A stretch of 64,000 nucleotides of DNA from Callorhinchus milii. Lineage: Eukaryota. Each line of letters begins with the position of its first letter. The first letter of the stretch is position 1. The stretch lies in NCBI RefSeq assembly GCF_018977255.1, contig NW_024704756.1:11780001-11844000 (forward strand), in the 5' to 3' direction. This document shows, piece by piece, positions 27,123 through 42,249 of the stretch. Below the pieces are notes generated by a model. It searched no databases, was not told where the DNA came from, and was given only the letters and a program-made list of their open reading frames with translations. The translations under genes were made by a program, and so were the position numbers.

Positions 27123-27450
27123 GTGGAGTCCTGTAGCTCAGTGGTTGAGCACTCGCTTTGCAAGCTAGAGACCTGAGTTCAATTCCAGGCAGGGCGAAAC
27201 CTTGGGCAAGTTTCCTTACTCCACACGCCTAATAATAATCCTTCCAAAACCAAAAAAAACCAATAATAAATTGGTCATTTTCAATCCATGACTGTTTGTG
27301 GGACATTGCTGTGTGCAATTGGCTGCCGCGTTTGCCCACATATATACAGTCAATTCACTTTACAGTGTGTTCTGTGAAGCGCTTTGGGACGTCCTCCCGA
27401 CGTGAAAAGCGCTATATCAAATGCAAGGATTATTATTATTATATTATTAT
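27123..27450 (+). mobile_element. Full-length young tRNA-Ala-derived Deu SINE
   Basis: A box TAGCTCAGTGG, anticodon-like loop TTTGCAA (TGC), B box GAGTTCAATTCC, Deu 3' block TGTTTGTGGGACATTGCTGTGTGCAATTGGCTGCC, tail hairpin and (ATT)n. Confidence 0.95.
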
Positions 27451-28059
27451 TTCATTTGAAGAGGACATGTTCTCAACTGAACAGGATTCAGCCAATGAAG
27501 CCAACAGGAATGGGAGCTTGCCTCCAGAGGTTGGAGACACCTGGAATTTCAATTCTGCTTCTTTGAATGAGAATGAACAACTCTCTAGTTAGAAATAATT
27601 TCTGGTAGAACCACAGTATTCTGATTTATAGAAAACTCGAGGCCCCAAAGGTCCATGGTTCATAATTTTTTTCTTCAATAAAAAATGTGCGATTGTCTCA
27701 AAACAATTATGGGAGAATGGGATACATTACAGATGAGCTCTCAACATTGTAGAACTTTCTCTCTGTCTACGTGTTTTTGTTAATATCAACTGGCTTGATA
27801 GAATGGAGCCAGAGACAACTGGTCCAAGCAAAGACTAGCAGTGAATTTGATCTCAGTAGATATTGGGCACATACAAACTGCACTGGGCTGCAAATGGGTA
27901 CGCCATGGATTTTATCATAATATAAAGTGTCCTCTATTCTATTTCAGCAAGGGATGGTTAATTTTGCATATGTAAGCACTATAATTCTTGAACTGTATGG
28001 AGGAACTCATTAACACTACTGGCAATAACGTTACATGGTGTTAATCTGGTGGCATGTTC

Positions 28060-28340
28060 TTTTTAAAAAGATCGGTCATTAAAACAATTGTTCTCGAGGG
28101 CCTCTTTGCCCTGATCTTATTGATGCTAGGCAGTCAGTTCACGTGCGCTGTGTAAAGTTCATCTTCAGGGTATAAAGTAAACTATTTCCAAGCTACAGAA
28201 ATTGATTTTTAATAAACTTTTGGGCGTAATGATTTATTTTGCATCACGGATCAATTATTAGAGCTGGGTTCAATAGCAGCGAGGCCGCTGACATTGATGG
28301 CTGTGTGGCTGACAAACCAAAACACATTTTTTCTGATTCA
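28060..28340. promoter_or_regulatory. Candidate conserved non-coding enhancer
   Basis: Non-repeat block retaining CpGs, with clustered ACAAT (Sox), CACGTG (E-box), GTAAAC (Fox), TGATTTAT (Hox/Pbx), TGACA (Meis) and TAAT motifs. Conservation is not testable here. Confidence 0.3.
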
Positions 28341-31335
28341 TTGCAGAACTATGGTTTGGAGGATGATGAATCAAAGATGGAAGGAAAAAGAACATAAAAT
28401 ATGGCAAAGATAGCTAAAGGTGGAAGAGGAAGTCGACAAAAACATAGGGAGCAAAAAACAGTGGTCTTGAGGGCCATTACAATTTTTCTTTAGAAAAAAC
28501 AAACATTTATAACCAAAGGAACTTTGAGAAATCTTTATGCTGCCAGTTTTATAACTGTTGATGCATAAACTCATATCCTGCAGGTGTGTTTGTCCACAAA
28601 GTGCACAATCAATACACTTCACAATAAATCCTGTGAAGCGCTTTGAGGTATCCTCCTAACGTGAAGGCATTACATCAAATGCAAGGATTATTATTTATTC
28701 AGATTATTATCATAAAGAGACTTAAAGATAGAATATGCAGTTCTCTTTCCTTGGTACAAGAAATTAGATAAAACAGTTTTCTTTGACTCAAGGCTGCATG
28801 AAAATATATGTTGACAAAGAGACAAAAACATAAGAGTGGACTTTTAACAGGTGATCACAAGAATGGTCAAAATGCAGCACTAAACGTGTCTTATACACAA
28901 GAGCAACATAAACTGTTGCCACTAAATACATGCTCAAACATTGAACAAATCAACTGAACAACTCACCACAGCGGCCAACTATTTACACTGAAATAAATAA
29001 TTCTATCTGTGGCTTATACACAACTTTCATTGAATTTTTTTGAATGGTTTACTGTAAATTTAAATTAAATGCTCTTTTTTAATGTGTGAAACATTATCTT
29101 GTTTGCTCAAAGTATTGGAAGCAGGAGTGGAACTGATACTTGTCTGAATCTGGCCTCTAATTGATAATGTAAATATAATGAATTCTGCAATCTGAGTCAG
29201 CTTTGTCACAAATTAATCTCTGGGGGAAACAGATGGTGAATAAGCAACCTTGCAGATCAAGAAAAGGAAGAGGAGACTGCAATTCAAAAGGCAAACACTT
29301 TTAAAGTCTGCTTCAAATCAAGGCTTCCAGTAAAGTGCATGGTCCATGTTTGTGTGTGGGGGGATTGGGTTTTAATGAAAGGAAGTGTGCGAATGTGCAC
29401 GGAACATTTGCCCTATGCGCACACATCTGCAATTTCATAAAGTCTGCCCATGAAAATATGATGGAGTTATTGGCTGGAAGCCCAAAGTGAAAATAGGATA
29501 CTTTCGGTCAGTACGGCATTACAGATTAAATTAATCATTCGAGATTAAGGCCACCAGTAATATATAATAATACTTGCATTTAATATAACATTGAAAGATC
29601 TCAAGGTGCTTCACAATAATTACCGCTGGTTAGTGACTGTGTATTTGCGGATGAATATGGCAGCTAATTTGTGCAATGTCCCACAAACAGATGACTGATT
29701 GATTTATCTGGAGGATTTTATATTCTGTATTTAAAACATTCCTTTCCGACATTTATTTTATTTATGGTAAACTTTGTTCACTCAGGTAGGTTAACTCTGA
29801 CCACCTAATTCTACTTGTGATCTATAAGTAACCAATATCAAATAACTATGAGTTTAGAAACCATTTTCAGCATTGAAAGATATTGAACATTAGTGTTTCA
29901 TACCAGTTCTAGGTGTTGATTCCACATTCAAAGAAGTTGATAGATTGAACCAGTTACATTGGGTACTTGCAGCAGTAACGGTACTGGTAGAGTTGCATTC
30001 ATGCCTGTACACGTGAATCTATGACATTAAGTATTACATTGTGACATTATGTGTTGCAACACTTCACTGAAATCCTCCAATCATTATTCCAAAGCTTCAT
30101 TTCTCTTCTTTTAAGGAAAAAAGTTAAAAGAAGTATCTTACTTCAACATGATATTGCTTGCAGTAGTTTTCTATAATTTAGGATGGGCAAGCTTTTGAAG
30201 TTTAATAAGACACAAACATAGCACAGGAACTGAAAATGTGCTGGTCTTTCTATTCAAAAATCCACTTCACTGTGTGTTGAAAAAGAACAAACATACATTT
30301 AGAATAGTAATGAATCGTGGGAAACAGATCATGGATTTTGTAGACGCTATTGGAATTGTTACCACACAGGGATGTCCCTGTGCTTCCAACAAATACTGAA
30401 AAATTCCATTTTATATCACCTACTTATTTACTGTGTTCATGTTTCCACCAACCACCTACCTGGGGACTTCATTCATTCTGGGTTTGATTTACAGTATTCA
30501 TTCAAAGTTATCTGGAAAACAAAATCCCTGTTTTGCTTGCTATGATTGAGGATTAACACAAAACAAAAACACACCTTATTAATTGAATTTTGCATTCACG
30601 TCTTCAGCGTCTGAAAACAATTTCTACTATAACAAAATGCTCTATTGAACATGTTTCTTGAACACTTGTTCTGGCAGCAGATATCTCTCAGAAAATGACT
30701 TGAGGAGTCAATGCATCACCGACAAGCCTGTGTTAGCTTGTCTCCTCTATGTATGTGCTTTACAGACCGCAGGGTATAACACTCAGTCAATTAATATAAC
30801 ATTCACAACAGGGGTGTACGTTCTGTTCTGGAATACGCTATTGATTCAAAAATTATTTTATACCCTGGGAAGAACATCAGATCTGTTGCCTTAAAATGCC
30901 AGCATGATGCGCAGAGCCTGGATCACAGCAACTCGTACTGGAAAATCTTTAGGGATCTCAGAAGTGTTCTTTCAGTGTTCAATTTAAATTAAGTCAAAAT
31001 TGAATATACTTCTATTTAAATTGACCAAGGCAAGCTGGCCACCCATGAGAGCCTCAGGAACATAGAACATCCATTGTTCTCTGTATAGGTAATCGTAAAA
31101 TTTCACCTGGGAGTAAAATTTAGGACATTGGTGCCACCCAGGGATAAGAAATGGAGTGGAGTAAGAAGAAAACTCTCCTGAAAGAAAAAATATGTTTCTT
31201 GACTTTTGACCTTATTCAATATCCAACTATACCTATGTCTCCTGAATCCTGACTTACAGAACAGATGGGCATTTCTTATGCATATCCCCATCTAGGCCAT
31301 TTCATGAATCCCTGCATAACATTCAGCAAAAAACA

Positions 31336-31870
31336 GACTACTGTGTGTAGTTTTGGTCTCCTTATTTAAGGAAGGATGTATTTGCCTTGGAGGGGGAGCA
31401 GCGTAAATTTACTAGGTTAGTACCAGGGATGAAGGGGATGAGTTACGAGGATAGGCTGACCAATTTGGGCCTATATTCTCTAGAATATAGAAGAATTAGA
31501 AACCTATAAGATCATCAAAGGGCATGATAGAGTAGATAGTGGGAGATTGTTTCCCCTGGTTGGAGAAACTAAAACCAGGGGTCACAACCTTAAAATCAGA
31601 GGCCAGCTTTTTCGCACTGAGTTGAGGAAGAACTTCTTCACTCAAAGGGTGGTGAATGTATGGAACTCACTACCCAAAGGGCTGTTGATGCTCAGTCCTT
31701 GAACATATTCAAGACTGAGATAGATAGATTTCTTATTGCGAAAGGGATTAAGGGATATGGGGAAAAGGCAGGGTTAGGTTATCAGCTGGAGTTAGGTTAC
31801 AAGATCAGCCATGATTGAATGGCGGGGCAGGCTCGAAGGGCTGATTGACCTACTCCTGCTCCTACATGTT
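31336..31870 (+). mobile_element. CR1 LINE 3' fragment
   Basis: Contains DYCV*FWSPYLRKD, LGLYSLEYRR, TRGHNLKI, FFTQRVVNVWNSLP and a CR1 3' UTR. Similar to 53470-54023. Confidence 0.92.
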
Positions 31871-34800
31871 AAAGGATATTGGGCAATAAACACCCTTTTA
31901 TTAGACTGGAATGATAGATATAGGCTTCGGGTACCAGAAATCCCCCTCTCCCTCTGCATACTAATATACAGCATTCTCAATACAAATGTCGATTTAGATT
32001 AATTACAACACCGATTTCCAAATCATGACATTTTGGAAGAGGAATAACACGATCCTACTACCCGGCAGTTAAATGTCACCATCTACAATCATAGAGACCA
32101 GCTTTTAAGATGAGACCATTGAAAAACTGTTAGATAAACCACACAGGTTATTTGTTTTGAAACACCATTTTAAGGAAAAATATATCCCAGTGCTCAATTC
32201 AGCACACAATGCAAAATGTAATAAGGTATAAACTGAGTCAGGCTGAGGGCTGAGTGTTTACCGAGTCATTGCTCTCACAATTTCAGCTAAGTGGTTCGAC
32301 TCACATCAATTTAAATGTGAAAGTGCAAATAAATCTTACTTGTTCTGTTGAATAAACCCATTTCCATATTGCGGCTCAATTGGAAACAAAGTTTTTCAAT
32401 TCAAACTCAACAGGCAAATACAATTTTAAAATTTAAGCAAGCGCCATACTTGTAGTACTTTTTCTACAATTAAACCAAATTTAAATTTGGTTCTGAATGT
32501 ATTTCAGTGTGGTTTGAACAGCACAGAAGAGATTGATGGAAATAGAAGGCAAAAGATTAACATTGACAAATCCCAAGAGAGAACAGAATTTGGAGGAAAT
32601 GTTTTTAACACAGAATAGTGGATTTAGTGAGGTAAGCTCATGCAACAAATTGCCACCAAAATAGTTGATACTCCATCAATTACATGCAACTCCTCCCCCC
32701 CAAAAATGGATAAATAGTTGCTTGAGTGATTAATGTACAGACTATAGCCAGGGAGTACGCCATCAGATATAAGAGAAAATGCTGCAGGGCTGGGGTTCAA
32801 TAATGGATGAATGAATATTTTGTGGATAACTTTAGGGGATCAGAGAGCATTGGCATAAAAGTTTCCCTCTGTGAGATCAAATGCATTTTTTCCAATACAA
32901 CTGCACATCAAGATATTTCACGATATCATGGGGAAAACCACAAAAAAATTTAACACTCAATCACTGGAAGTCAGGTTTTTAGAAATGATTCTCAGTCTGT
33001 GCAGTGGAATTACTTGCATAATGGAGGGCATGATTTCCAATCAGGTAAAAAAAAGTCAGTGCTTTTCGTTATTCAAAATGTTACACATCATTTCTTAATC
33101 AGATTACTAGCTGAAGTGTATCAGATCCATGTTTTATTGGAAAGAAGTAGCTGGACATCAGGTTTGGCCTTCATCTTCCTGCTTGTGTATTTTGTATTCT
33201 TATTTGGCCAGGACACAGCATTGAAAGCAGCCAAGTGGAAAAGAGCAAACTGTGCAATCTGTTCTCAGGAGCCAATGTGAACAAGTGGCCAACGAAAGGG
33301 AGCAAATGAGAGCAACATGAGACTCAATCACTTCAATGGTTGAAAATTAGAATCAGATAGGATTCTAAGGATCAAAGTGATTGGTCACCTTGCTGCTTAT
33401 TGATTGCCCAGGGAAGGCATCTTGACAATGCTACCTATTAATCAGAATAATCATCATCAGTCATCTACTAATGACTGGGTGGATGGGTGAACTCATAAGT
33501 ATTGCTGATATTGCTGTCACCTGATACTGTATTTGGGTTAGTAACTTTTTTTACACACGTGTAAGTTATGTTTGAAATGAGTCTATTTTGTCAACTTTAT
33601 CTCTATTGTCACCTCTTTAATGATGTCAAGACTTTGCTCTGCCAACTATTTACCATCTTGATAGGAAAGGATGGTTCACTAGCTGCCAATTGAACTAGGA
33701 ATTGAATGGATCCAATGGGAGGCAACAGGCTGAGGTACAATCCAATTTATCAGCAGCCTCCTGCTAATCATTAGACCTTCAAAAACTACTGGCATGGCTT
33801 GGTCAGTGCCTGCTTTACACTGTTTAACAATATTGTAATGTAAAACAATGTATCTCAGCCTCTCAGGATGATTTACTAGAGGAGAAAAAAGCATCAGAAA
33901 AGTCATTGAGGTCAGGTTTTCTTGAATCATTATAATTCCTCTCTTGTCCTGTTATCTGCTTTCTTTCTCTAAGCCTGTTTTTGCTATTGTGCATTCACAC
34001 ACAAGTTTTAAAATGGCATGAACAGATTAGAATTGTCTTAAAGATAATTGCATTTAAATTTGCCCAAAATGGAAAGGTATCGTAGTGGAACAAAATAAAT
34101 CACTAGAAATGCAAGAGATGTAAAATATAGATGTTAACACCCTTTCCTCTACAATTAAGCTATCTGCATTGGACCGAAATGATGAGCACACAACTTTGTT
34201 GATGCTATAAGACCCGTTGAAACAAATTTTCCTTGCATGCATTAACTCAATATCTTCTTTCTGCTCAGCTCTCAGAACTCAACCAAGATTGGCAAATTTA
34301 TTGTCTTTTTTTCTAGGAATTTACAGGACCAGAAAGTGTATTATTGTGGTCCATCTGTCTGGTCCCCAAATAAAAATTGTATAATATTCCATCTCTGAAT
34401 CCCCTAAATAGATTCCTTCATACAACTCCCTCTTGAAATTGTTGACAAAATCTGTCCCTTCTCTTGGTAATCCATTTCACAAATTCGCCAACTCTCTGAG
34501 CAGCATGTTTGAATGTAAACTCTCTTATTCGTATTCCATCTTCAGAGTGTTAAACTCATTCCTGTGTTCGATTTCAGTTTATCTGTACCCTTTGGGATCT
34601 TGAATACTTCAACAAGGACTCCCATTGTAAGGAAATAGATAAAATAGATAAAATTAGTATCTCTGTGGAAAACTGCTAAAGACACCTGGTGTTCCTGAGT
34701 CAATTGTGATTATAGATGTGGACAAGTAAGCTCTTGATAACTGGACAAATAAGCTCTTACAAATTGCATACAACTGTTCCATGCAGAGGTTGGATTCTGG

Positions 34801-35643
34801 GCAAAAATGATCATTTGAAAATTATGCACAATGTGAAGTTGGGCAATTTAACAAACTTGTTAAATTTTGTGCACCTTGGACATCCTCCCAACATGAAAGA
34901 TGCAATACAAATGTAATTAGTTGTTGTTGTTTTCTGGTGGATTCTGGTGCAGAGCAGACACTTACCCATAATTTGAAACAAATTGCCAGTTTTTCAAGTG
35001 GAGGGTACAAGAATGTACTGATTGTTCAAAAATGCTCATTTGCCTTCAGAGGAAATGCGAAATTCAGATTAAAGCAAATTGTCAGGACAGAATTGAGGGA
35101 ACTTTGCTGATTCTACAACTTGACATGGGAGTGATCACATCTGACAAGAGAGAAGGGGATGCATTCTACTTTTAACTATAATTTATCATTACATTTCATT
35201 ATAACTTTAAATTGCCCAAATCACAATTGTTGCAATACCACATGCAACAAAAATTGGAAACTGTTTCGTTCTCCAGCAAGGACATCTGTCACCTTAATGG
35301 GATGAAAGAATCCTGAAATATTTTTGACAAACTGCAGAGGCAATGCTGAGGCAAAATAATTTCTAAGCTCAGCAGCTGGGTGTCAGTGAACCATCCAACA
35401 GGAAGAAAATCAATTTTAATGAGGAAGAGATGGAACCTCTGAAGAACTTTCAGTGTTGGAATCATTCTTAAAATACATTATAAAATATATACATCTCTGC
35501 AAGGTATTCAGATAACAAATAGAAGCAATATTTTTCTTTTTTTATTCAAATTTTATACAATGCGAAAGAAAACAATGATTAGGAGGTGACGGGAAAACCA
35601 CTTCAAACAGGTAACTTGCCTCAGGAAACCAGCAAAACAATTA

Positions 35644-35834
35644 AATAATAATAATAATCCTTGCTTTTGATCTTATCAGATCTTCGACACGTCCAAAGCA
35701 GTTCACAGAATATATTGTAAGGCGAATTGACTGTATGCTTTGTAATCGAATCGCGGCAGCCAATTGCGCATAGCAATGTCCCACAAACAGTCGTGATTGA
35801 AGTGACCAATTTATTTTTTTTTTTTGAAGGAATT
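35644..35834 (-). mobile_element. 5'-truncated tRNA/Deu SINE
   Basis: Deu block and (ATT)n tail on the reverse strand. Confidence 0.88.
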
Positions 35835-35849
35835 TCTTTAGAGTAGAGA

Positions 35850-36300
35850 AGTTTATGTAACTGGTGCTGGTCACTGTTCCTGAGCCAAATCCCAAGGTTT
35901 CTATATGCCCAATCATTGGAAACTGCAATGATAGATTGGCTACTTGCTTTCCAGATTTAATCAATCTATGTCCTTATTGTAGCAGGTTAGTAACTCATTG
36001 ATCAGAAGCATACAGTGTGCTTTAGCCACATTGTCACTGCAGATATTGAGATTCACTGGATACAAGAACAAGCATTGCACAAAACTTGAACAAGGGAGTG
36101 CCAAAAACTTCGAGACTCTTGTTAGCTCTATGACAGATCACATTGTCTTGTGTTCCCAGTTAAATCTATGTTTTCTTGGTGGATATTGGACTAGTACCAT
36201 GCTTCATGTTTTAAGGCCATTAAATATGACTTCCAACAACCAGTCTTGCCATTTTTGTTCCAAAACCTGAGACAAAGAAATTTACTATCAGTGTTAGAAT
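35850..36300 (-). mobile_element. Ancient LINE RT relic
   Basis: KWQDWLLEVIFNGLKT*SMV...IELTRVSKFLAL (cf. WxxxWxLxFNxxKTxxM...KFLG). Confidence 0.4.
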
Positions 36301-38730
36301 AACAGATTGAGAAAGCCATATACCATTCTCAGATACTTTCTTTGCTCTGTTTTAAAATGTCATTATTTCTTTATAGAAGTACTCCCTTAGAGATTTACAT
36401 GTATGTGTGACTTTATGCATCTATTATGTCTGTCACCATTTATTTTCTGAAATAGCTTGACCTGTGTTGTCACCAGTGAACCCATTCATTGATTTTTGAG
36501 CTTCAGTTACAATATTACTCAATCATTTGGCCTGAGTAAAGCAGACATTAGACTTCCCAGTGGTCTCTCTTCTACTGAAACCATTTTCAAGTGAATGTGT
36601 TGATGGGATTAAGAGATGGAAGATTTGTGTTCCTATGGCAACAGTAAAAGTGTCAATGTGTTCTTTTAAATTGAAAACATTTTTTTTCACCTCTCATCAA
36701 TAGTGCATTATTACAGTCATTCCAGCATTGTACTGTTACTGGTTTCTATTCTCCGTACCCTATTAATCATAGAAGATACACAAAAGTAATATTCAAAGCA
36801 GTGATAAATGCGCACTCATTCTTAGCTGGAAATTCAAGGTTAGGTCACCCTATAATTACAAATTTGTAATATTTTTGAAAATCAATTTAAGTGACAGGCA
36901 TTTCAAATTGTTTAAATTTGCTTGATATCCATCCATTGGGGTTGTTTTTCTGTGTTTCTCTGGTACGGTCAAAATAATGACGATGGGAACAAAGACAAGA
37001 GCAAAGAGGCACTGACTGACCCTTTGTTTAACAAGCACAGTGAGGTGCAAAATTGCTGCAGATTTGGTTCCACCCACTGAACCCAAATCAAATAGGAATG
37101 TTTCACACTCGTGACCATTCTGATTATCAGTTGGAAATTGCAATCTTTAACAAATTCAACGCACCATCAAATCAGATTTTAAAAGATCACAATTTTCTCC
37201 CCCCCACCCACTAAGTTCAGAGAATAGCCCCATAAAGTTGTAATTCAAAATAAATCAACAGTTGGGGATTTTTCTAGAACATGCAGAACAGTGATGTAAT
37301 AAACTGGGTCAATCGTGTACCACAATTCTGTGCCTTATGTTGGTTCCAACATTCATAATAAGTTCCAATTCTTGTTGAGGGAGCAGAGTCAAAACTCAGT
37401 GTGGGTAGAACACAATGGATCAAAACATGCATTTTCATTAAAATGTACATTACATCTCAGCAAGTGTACAGTCATTCTCCAGGGCAGGGAAACAGGGTAG
37501 TTTTCTCAATTTGGCAATTTTCTCCCTATGGTTGCTCTTACATATACAGTTGCAGGGAACACACACAAAGTGTAAACTTGAGGAAATGTGGAAAAGATGC
37601 CACAGGTTAATGAACTTGTCACCACTGCGATAATCTGCTGTTCTTACAATGCCTGATACCTGGTTCTTTGAATGTAAATTCTCTGAAGAGAGACAACTAA
37701 AGCAGACAATTTCTTGTCCCCACTGTCCCTTTCACTTCCTTCTGTTTATTTTCTGCTGCTGCAAAGCACCGACTACCAAAAAGAATCACACATAAGAAAA
37801 AGATTACTGCTACTTAGTATTGTGGCTGCAGGTGTGAATGTGTGCAGACATCATTTAACACTATTTCATTTGCGATTTGTAGCACACACAGAGCACAATG
37901 GTGTTTCATGTGGAAAATGGCTAGTTGGTGGCACAGCTTAATGAGGTTCACCTCTTAAAAACTGGTTTAACTAGTCATTTCTGTGCTGTAATACCTGTGT
38001 TTATCTGCCAGAAATGCAAACTTGCAATGATTCACTTTGAATTAGGTTTAGTGCCAAAACAAACATATAAAAATGTCTCTGAATGGCGACATTGGCCTTG
38101 GACACTGATAGTTATATGACCATTGCTTTAATCATTTATAGGCTTGATCACACAATCAAGTCATTAAAGTGTTCTAAACTCTCTTCCTTAATACTGCTTT
38201 TATATCAGGAAGCTCTTTTCTGTTAAATGATCCCTCCTCGTACTATGAAACAAATTCAAAAGAATCAATGGGAAGAACAAAAAAAGCACTTTTATTTTGT
38301 GCTGGCAGATTTTCTTCAGTGTTCACATGTAGATTCCTACAGTCCCAATGATATGAGATCCAAATCACTGCACAGATATGGAGAAGAACCATCTACTGAG
38401 GTACTTCTAGAGGGATAGCAATCATTTTCTTTTCCCAAAACACTACCCTCAAAGACTAGGCTGCAAGGTAAACAGTGCTCAAAGAAGCCTGTATATGTGT
38501 GTTTGTGTTTGTTTGTGCATAGAACTATATAGAACTATGTTGAGATAGTCTCTTGATGTGAAAGGCACAATACAAATTTAAATTGTAAATTATATAAAAG
38601 GAAAAACACATTATCATACAGTGGTAACCAAGAAATTCCACAAAATCTCAGACAGGAATCCAAAGGAATGTGGCAGAGCAGATTGATGTTAATGTCATTG
38701 GGAGCTTAATGATTTAGGCGATCAAATACT

Positions 38731-38936
38731 ATGATAATAATCCCTACATTTGATATAGCGCCTTATCATGTCTTTGAGATGTCTCAAAGCACTTCACAGG
38801 ATATACTGTAAAGTGAATTGACCGTATATTTTGTGGGCAAAACACAGCAGCCAATTGTGCACAGCAGTGTCCCACAAATAGTCATGGATTGAGTGATCAA
38901 ATTATTATTATTAATATTTTTGAAGGGATTATTACC
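38731..38936 (-). mobile_element. 5'-truncated tRNA/Deu SINE (older tail type)
   Basis: Deu block, tail loop TCAAA and (ATT)n. Confidence 0.9.
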
Positions 38937-40353
38937 ATATTGGAGGGAGGAAGGGAATGGGATGATAAGTAAACCAATTCAGAATTTCAGGAATGATTGT
39001 TTCTCACACATGATAAAAGAAAATGAAGCACAGCAACCCAATGCAGTGTTCAAGCACTTGTGAAAGCAATGATATAGATCAATAGAGTGTACTGGGTCTT
39101 ATTTCATTTGAACAGGATTGTCAGTGGCATTGCTGTCATAAGGCAAACTCAGCATAAATGGAGTGAAGAATTCTCCATTTCACAAGGGCCAGATTTCCAA
39201 CATCTAATGTATCTCAGGAAGGGGGGGGCAGAGGAATTATTTTCAAGATAGTATTCTAATCTACTTTGTTCCTTCCCAGGAGCATGAGAGAGCCAGTATG
39301 AAGGTGAGAGCATTCCTTTTATAATGTTCCTGAACTCCCAAGTTACCAGAATTTTCTTCTTCAGTGAAAAAGCACTTTAGCCTTATTCTCAGAAGGCTCT
39401 TTTGCTACAACAGGTTTTGCATTAATGGCTGGATGTAAGGCAATCAGGCTTGGAGAATGTGAGCATCTGCTGCTGAACTACAGTTTATGAACACTAACGC
39501 TTGCAGAGGTATAATCCTGCTTTTAAAGTTCCGCCATGCTCTCTCTCTATCTGTCCTTAAACCCATTTTGAATCTCACCTCTTCAATTGCAACTATTGTC
39601 ACTCACCTCGCCTCCTCCCCTTTGCCCCCACAAGAGAATGCTACTCCATTCATATTGTCAGAGCAAGCTTTGCCCTCCTGCAGGCACAAATCTGTTAAAA
39701 TGCAATCCAAGGCAAATTCTAAGCCCTCAGGTAAGGCAGTGTGGTGCAGCAGTGCTGAATGAGCCATTAGCGAGATAATGAGAGAATCGTGGGGTGGGAT
39801 AATTACACTTACTTTCTCTTGTGAAAGGTTGTGGGGAAATAAATGATGAAGAAATCCAAATCATTTAAAAAAAAGCAAGTCATACAGATCAGAAGATTAC
39901 AGATTGAATTAATTAATTTCATTAATTGATCTCGGTGCGGTTGCCTACAAAATCCACACTCACTACACTTCACATCAAATCCCTTGAAACATTTTGAGGT
40001 GGCCTCCTGAGGAGAAAGGCGCTACACCAAATGCAAGGATCATTATCATTATTACAAATTGGGCGCACTTTCTGGCCTGGGATATGAAGGAGAAACAAAG
40101 TGGCCAGGGTTCCCAGTCCAGTGCCCTGGAACGTGAGGACAGGATCAGCTTTAGCTAGGATCTTCCTCCCCGCCCAGGAAATGAGAAGAATATAACATTA
40201 AAACAGTGGCCAGTTTTAAAGCGTTTATTTAGGAAAGTTTTATTTATCCAAAGAGTGCTTAAATGATTGGAATATTGTGCCCCGTGGAATTGTCAATTCT
40301 CAACATAAGGATTCTCCTCATAGTGAACTTAATAAGTCTCTGGGCCTTTTGGA

Positions 40354-40603
40354 GTGGAGTCCTGTAGCTTAGTGGTTAGAGCACTCACCTCGCAAGCTAG
40401 TGGACCTGGGTTTGATTCCCTGGCAGGGCGAATCCGGGTTGTTAGTCGATTGGCAGATCGCTTTTCCAGAGGTGATAATTCCTTCAATATAAATAAAAAT
40501 AATTTGGTCACTTCATTCCACGGCTGTTTGTGGGACACTTCTGTGCGCAATTGGCTGCCGCGGTTCGTCCACAAAAATATACAATGCAAGGATTATGATT
40601 ATT
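40354..40603 (+). mobile_element. tRNA/Deu SINE with two internal deletions
   Basis: Intact head. Lacks the post-head segment and the whole tail hairpin (AAATATACA joined to ATGCAAGG). Confidence 0.9.
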
Positions 40604-42249
40604 AGTTTTCCACTCTTTCCTGTTTATGTATCTTCTACTCTGCGAGCAATGCTTTGGACTCGCTCTGTAATGCAGAATGCTATCATCAGCAGACTCAGAC
40701 TTGTGAACCATTTCTGAGATATTGTGCAAAATAAAAGGGCAGGAAAGTTGCTTTGCCCGGAATGAATTAGCTGAGACAGTCATACTTACAATAAGACACT
40801 ATAAGCAATTTGAAAAGGGCAACAAGAAAATTAAATAGGATTCTTGAAATTGATTAACAGTACTTTTACTCAACAGCCTAACCTTTAATCACATGTAACT
40901 TTCTAGCCTTTGTGTAATTGACATTTTTGTGCGAATCCTATTTAACCAACTCTACTATTTCTTCCTATATTAACTGGTTAAACATTTGCTGTTTTAGGAA
41001 TAACTTGATTTGCTTGTCATATGGAAGCCAATTATTACAACTTGTGTTGATTACAATGAAAGGATAGAACAATTTTATTACACATATACACTAAGCAAAG
41101 GTTACCACTAGTCTTTAATATTTTAAAGGTAACCGCTGGTAAAATTATTTAACTCCAACAGTTTGATAGTGCAGTATTAAAAATGTTTCCCTCTGAAATA
41201 CATAGTCACTACACTTTACAGTAAATGCTGTGAAATGCCTTAACATATCCTCCTGATGTGAAAGGAGTTACATCAAATGCAAAGATTATTATTTGATATC
41301 TTAGTGAAGCATTTCTGGAGAAAATGCTTGATACCTCGAAAACATTTCATTCTGAAATAACCTTCTATAAGAATCTCTCCCTATTCCTCCCCATCCTAAT
41401 TTAAATATCTCATCTTAACTTGTTTATAATGTATTTTACGAATCTAGCTTGAACTCTTCCTTCCGTTCTGTGATTCCTTGATTCTATTCTGTGAACGTCA
41501 AGATGCATTACTCAACCTCGGATATATTTCCCTGTCAATATTTATCCTCTTGTTTCTTTCTGTTAAAAAAGAATAATCATTATTGGGGTGAAAATTGCAG
41601 TCTGTGATGACGTGATAATTATTTCAAGTTTGCATCCCAGCAACTGGAAAATGAAAGACTCACATAACATACTTTTTCCACCTTGGTTTGCTCATGTCTG
41701 CGAACTAGAGTAATTTCAAGTCTCCTGTGTGGACATATAGAAATTATGAAATAACATGAACAATCCAGCTCACTCTCAGGCACTATTTGGGCAGTGCTGA
41801 AACAGCCATGTGTAGTGAAAATGCTAGTTTTTCCACATCATCTTACGAGCAATGTCAAATTTTGAAGCAATGCGTGTTTGGCCTGATACGTGAGAGTCAG
41901 TGCAGTTTTAAAGACTTATACATTGCTAATGCAAGATAGGGAGTATGATTAGGGCACAGGAAAGCACTTGAAGCCAAACTGCTGTCTTTTTTCTACACTC
42001 CAAGTCAGTCCAGCTGAAGGCAAGTTACCTCTGAGTTTAATGTGGGGAAACTACAGAAGCATATTTCCTCTGAATCTAATTTCTCAATAAAGAGCAACTG
42101 GATCAGGACAAGTTCGCTTTCAAATAATTACTTTCATTCCTGCGGCTACATCTCACCCTGGAATTTTATAGTCTGTAGTGAGATTGACCCATAATTCAAT
42201 AATTTCATGGGAATTTTTTTCCGAATTCATAGATTGCCAGAAGGAATGA

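Noticed and set aside
27123-27200. tRNA-Ala-like sequences (also ~53060-53134, 56220-56290, 62395, 62768)
   Set aside because: These are SINE heads: no proper acceptor stem, and each continues into the SINE body.
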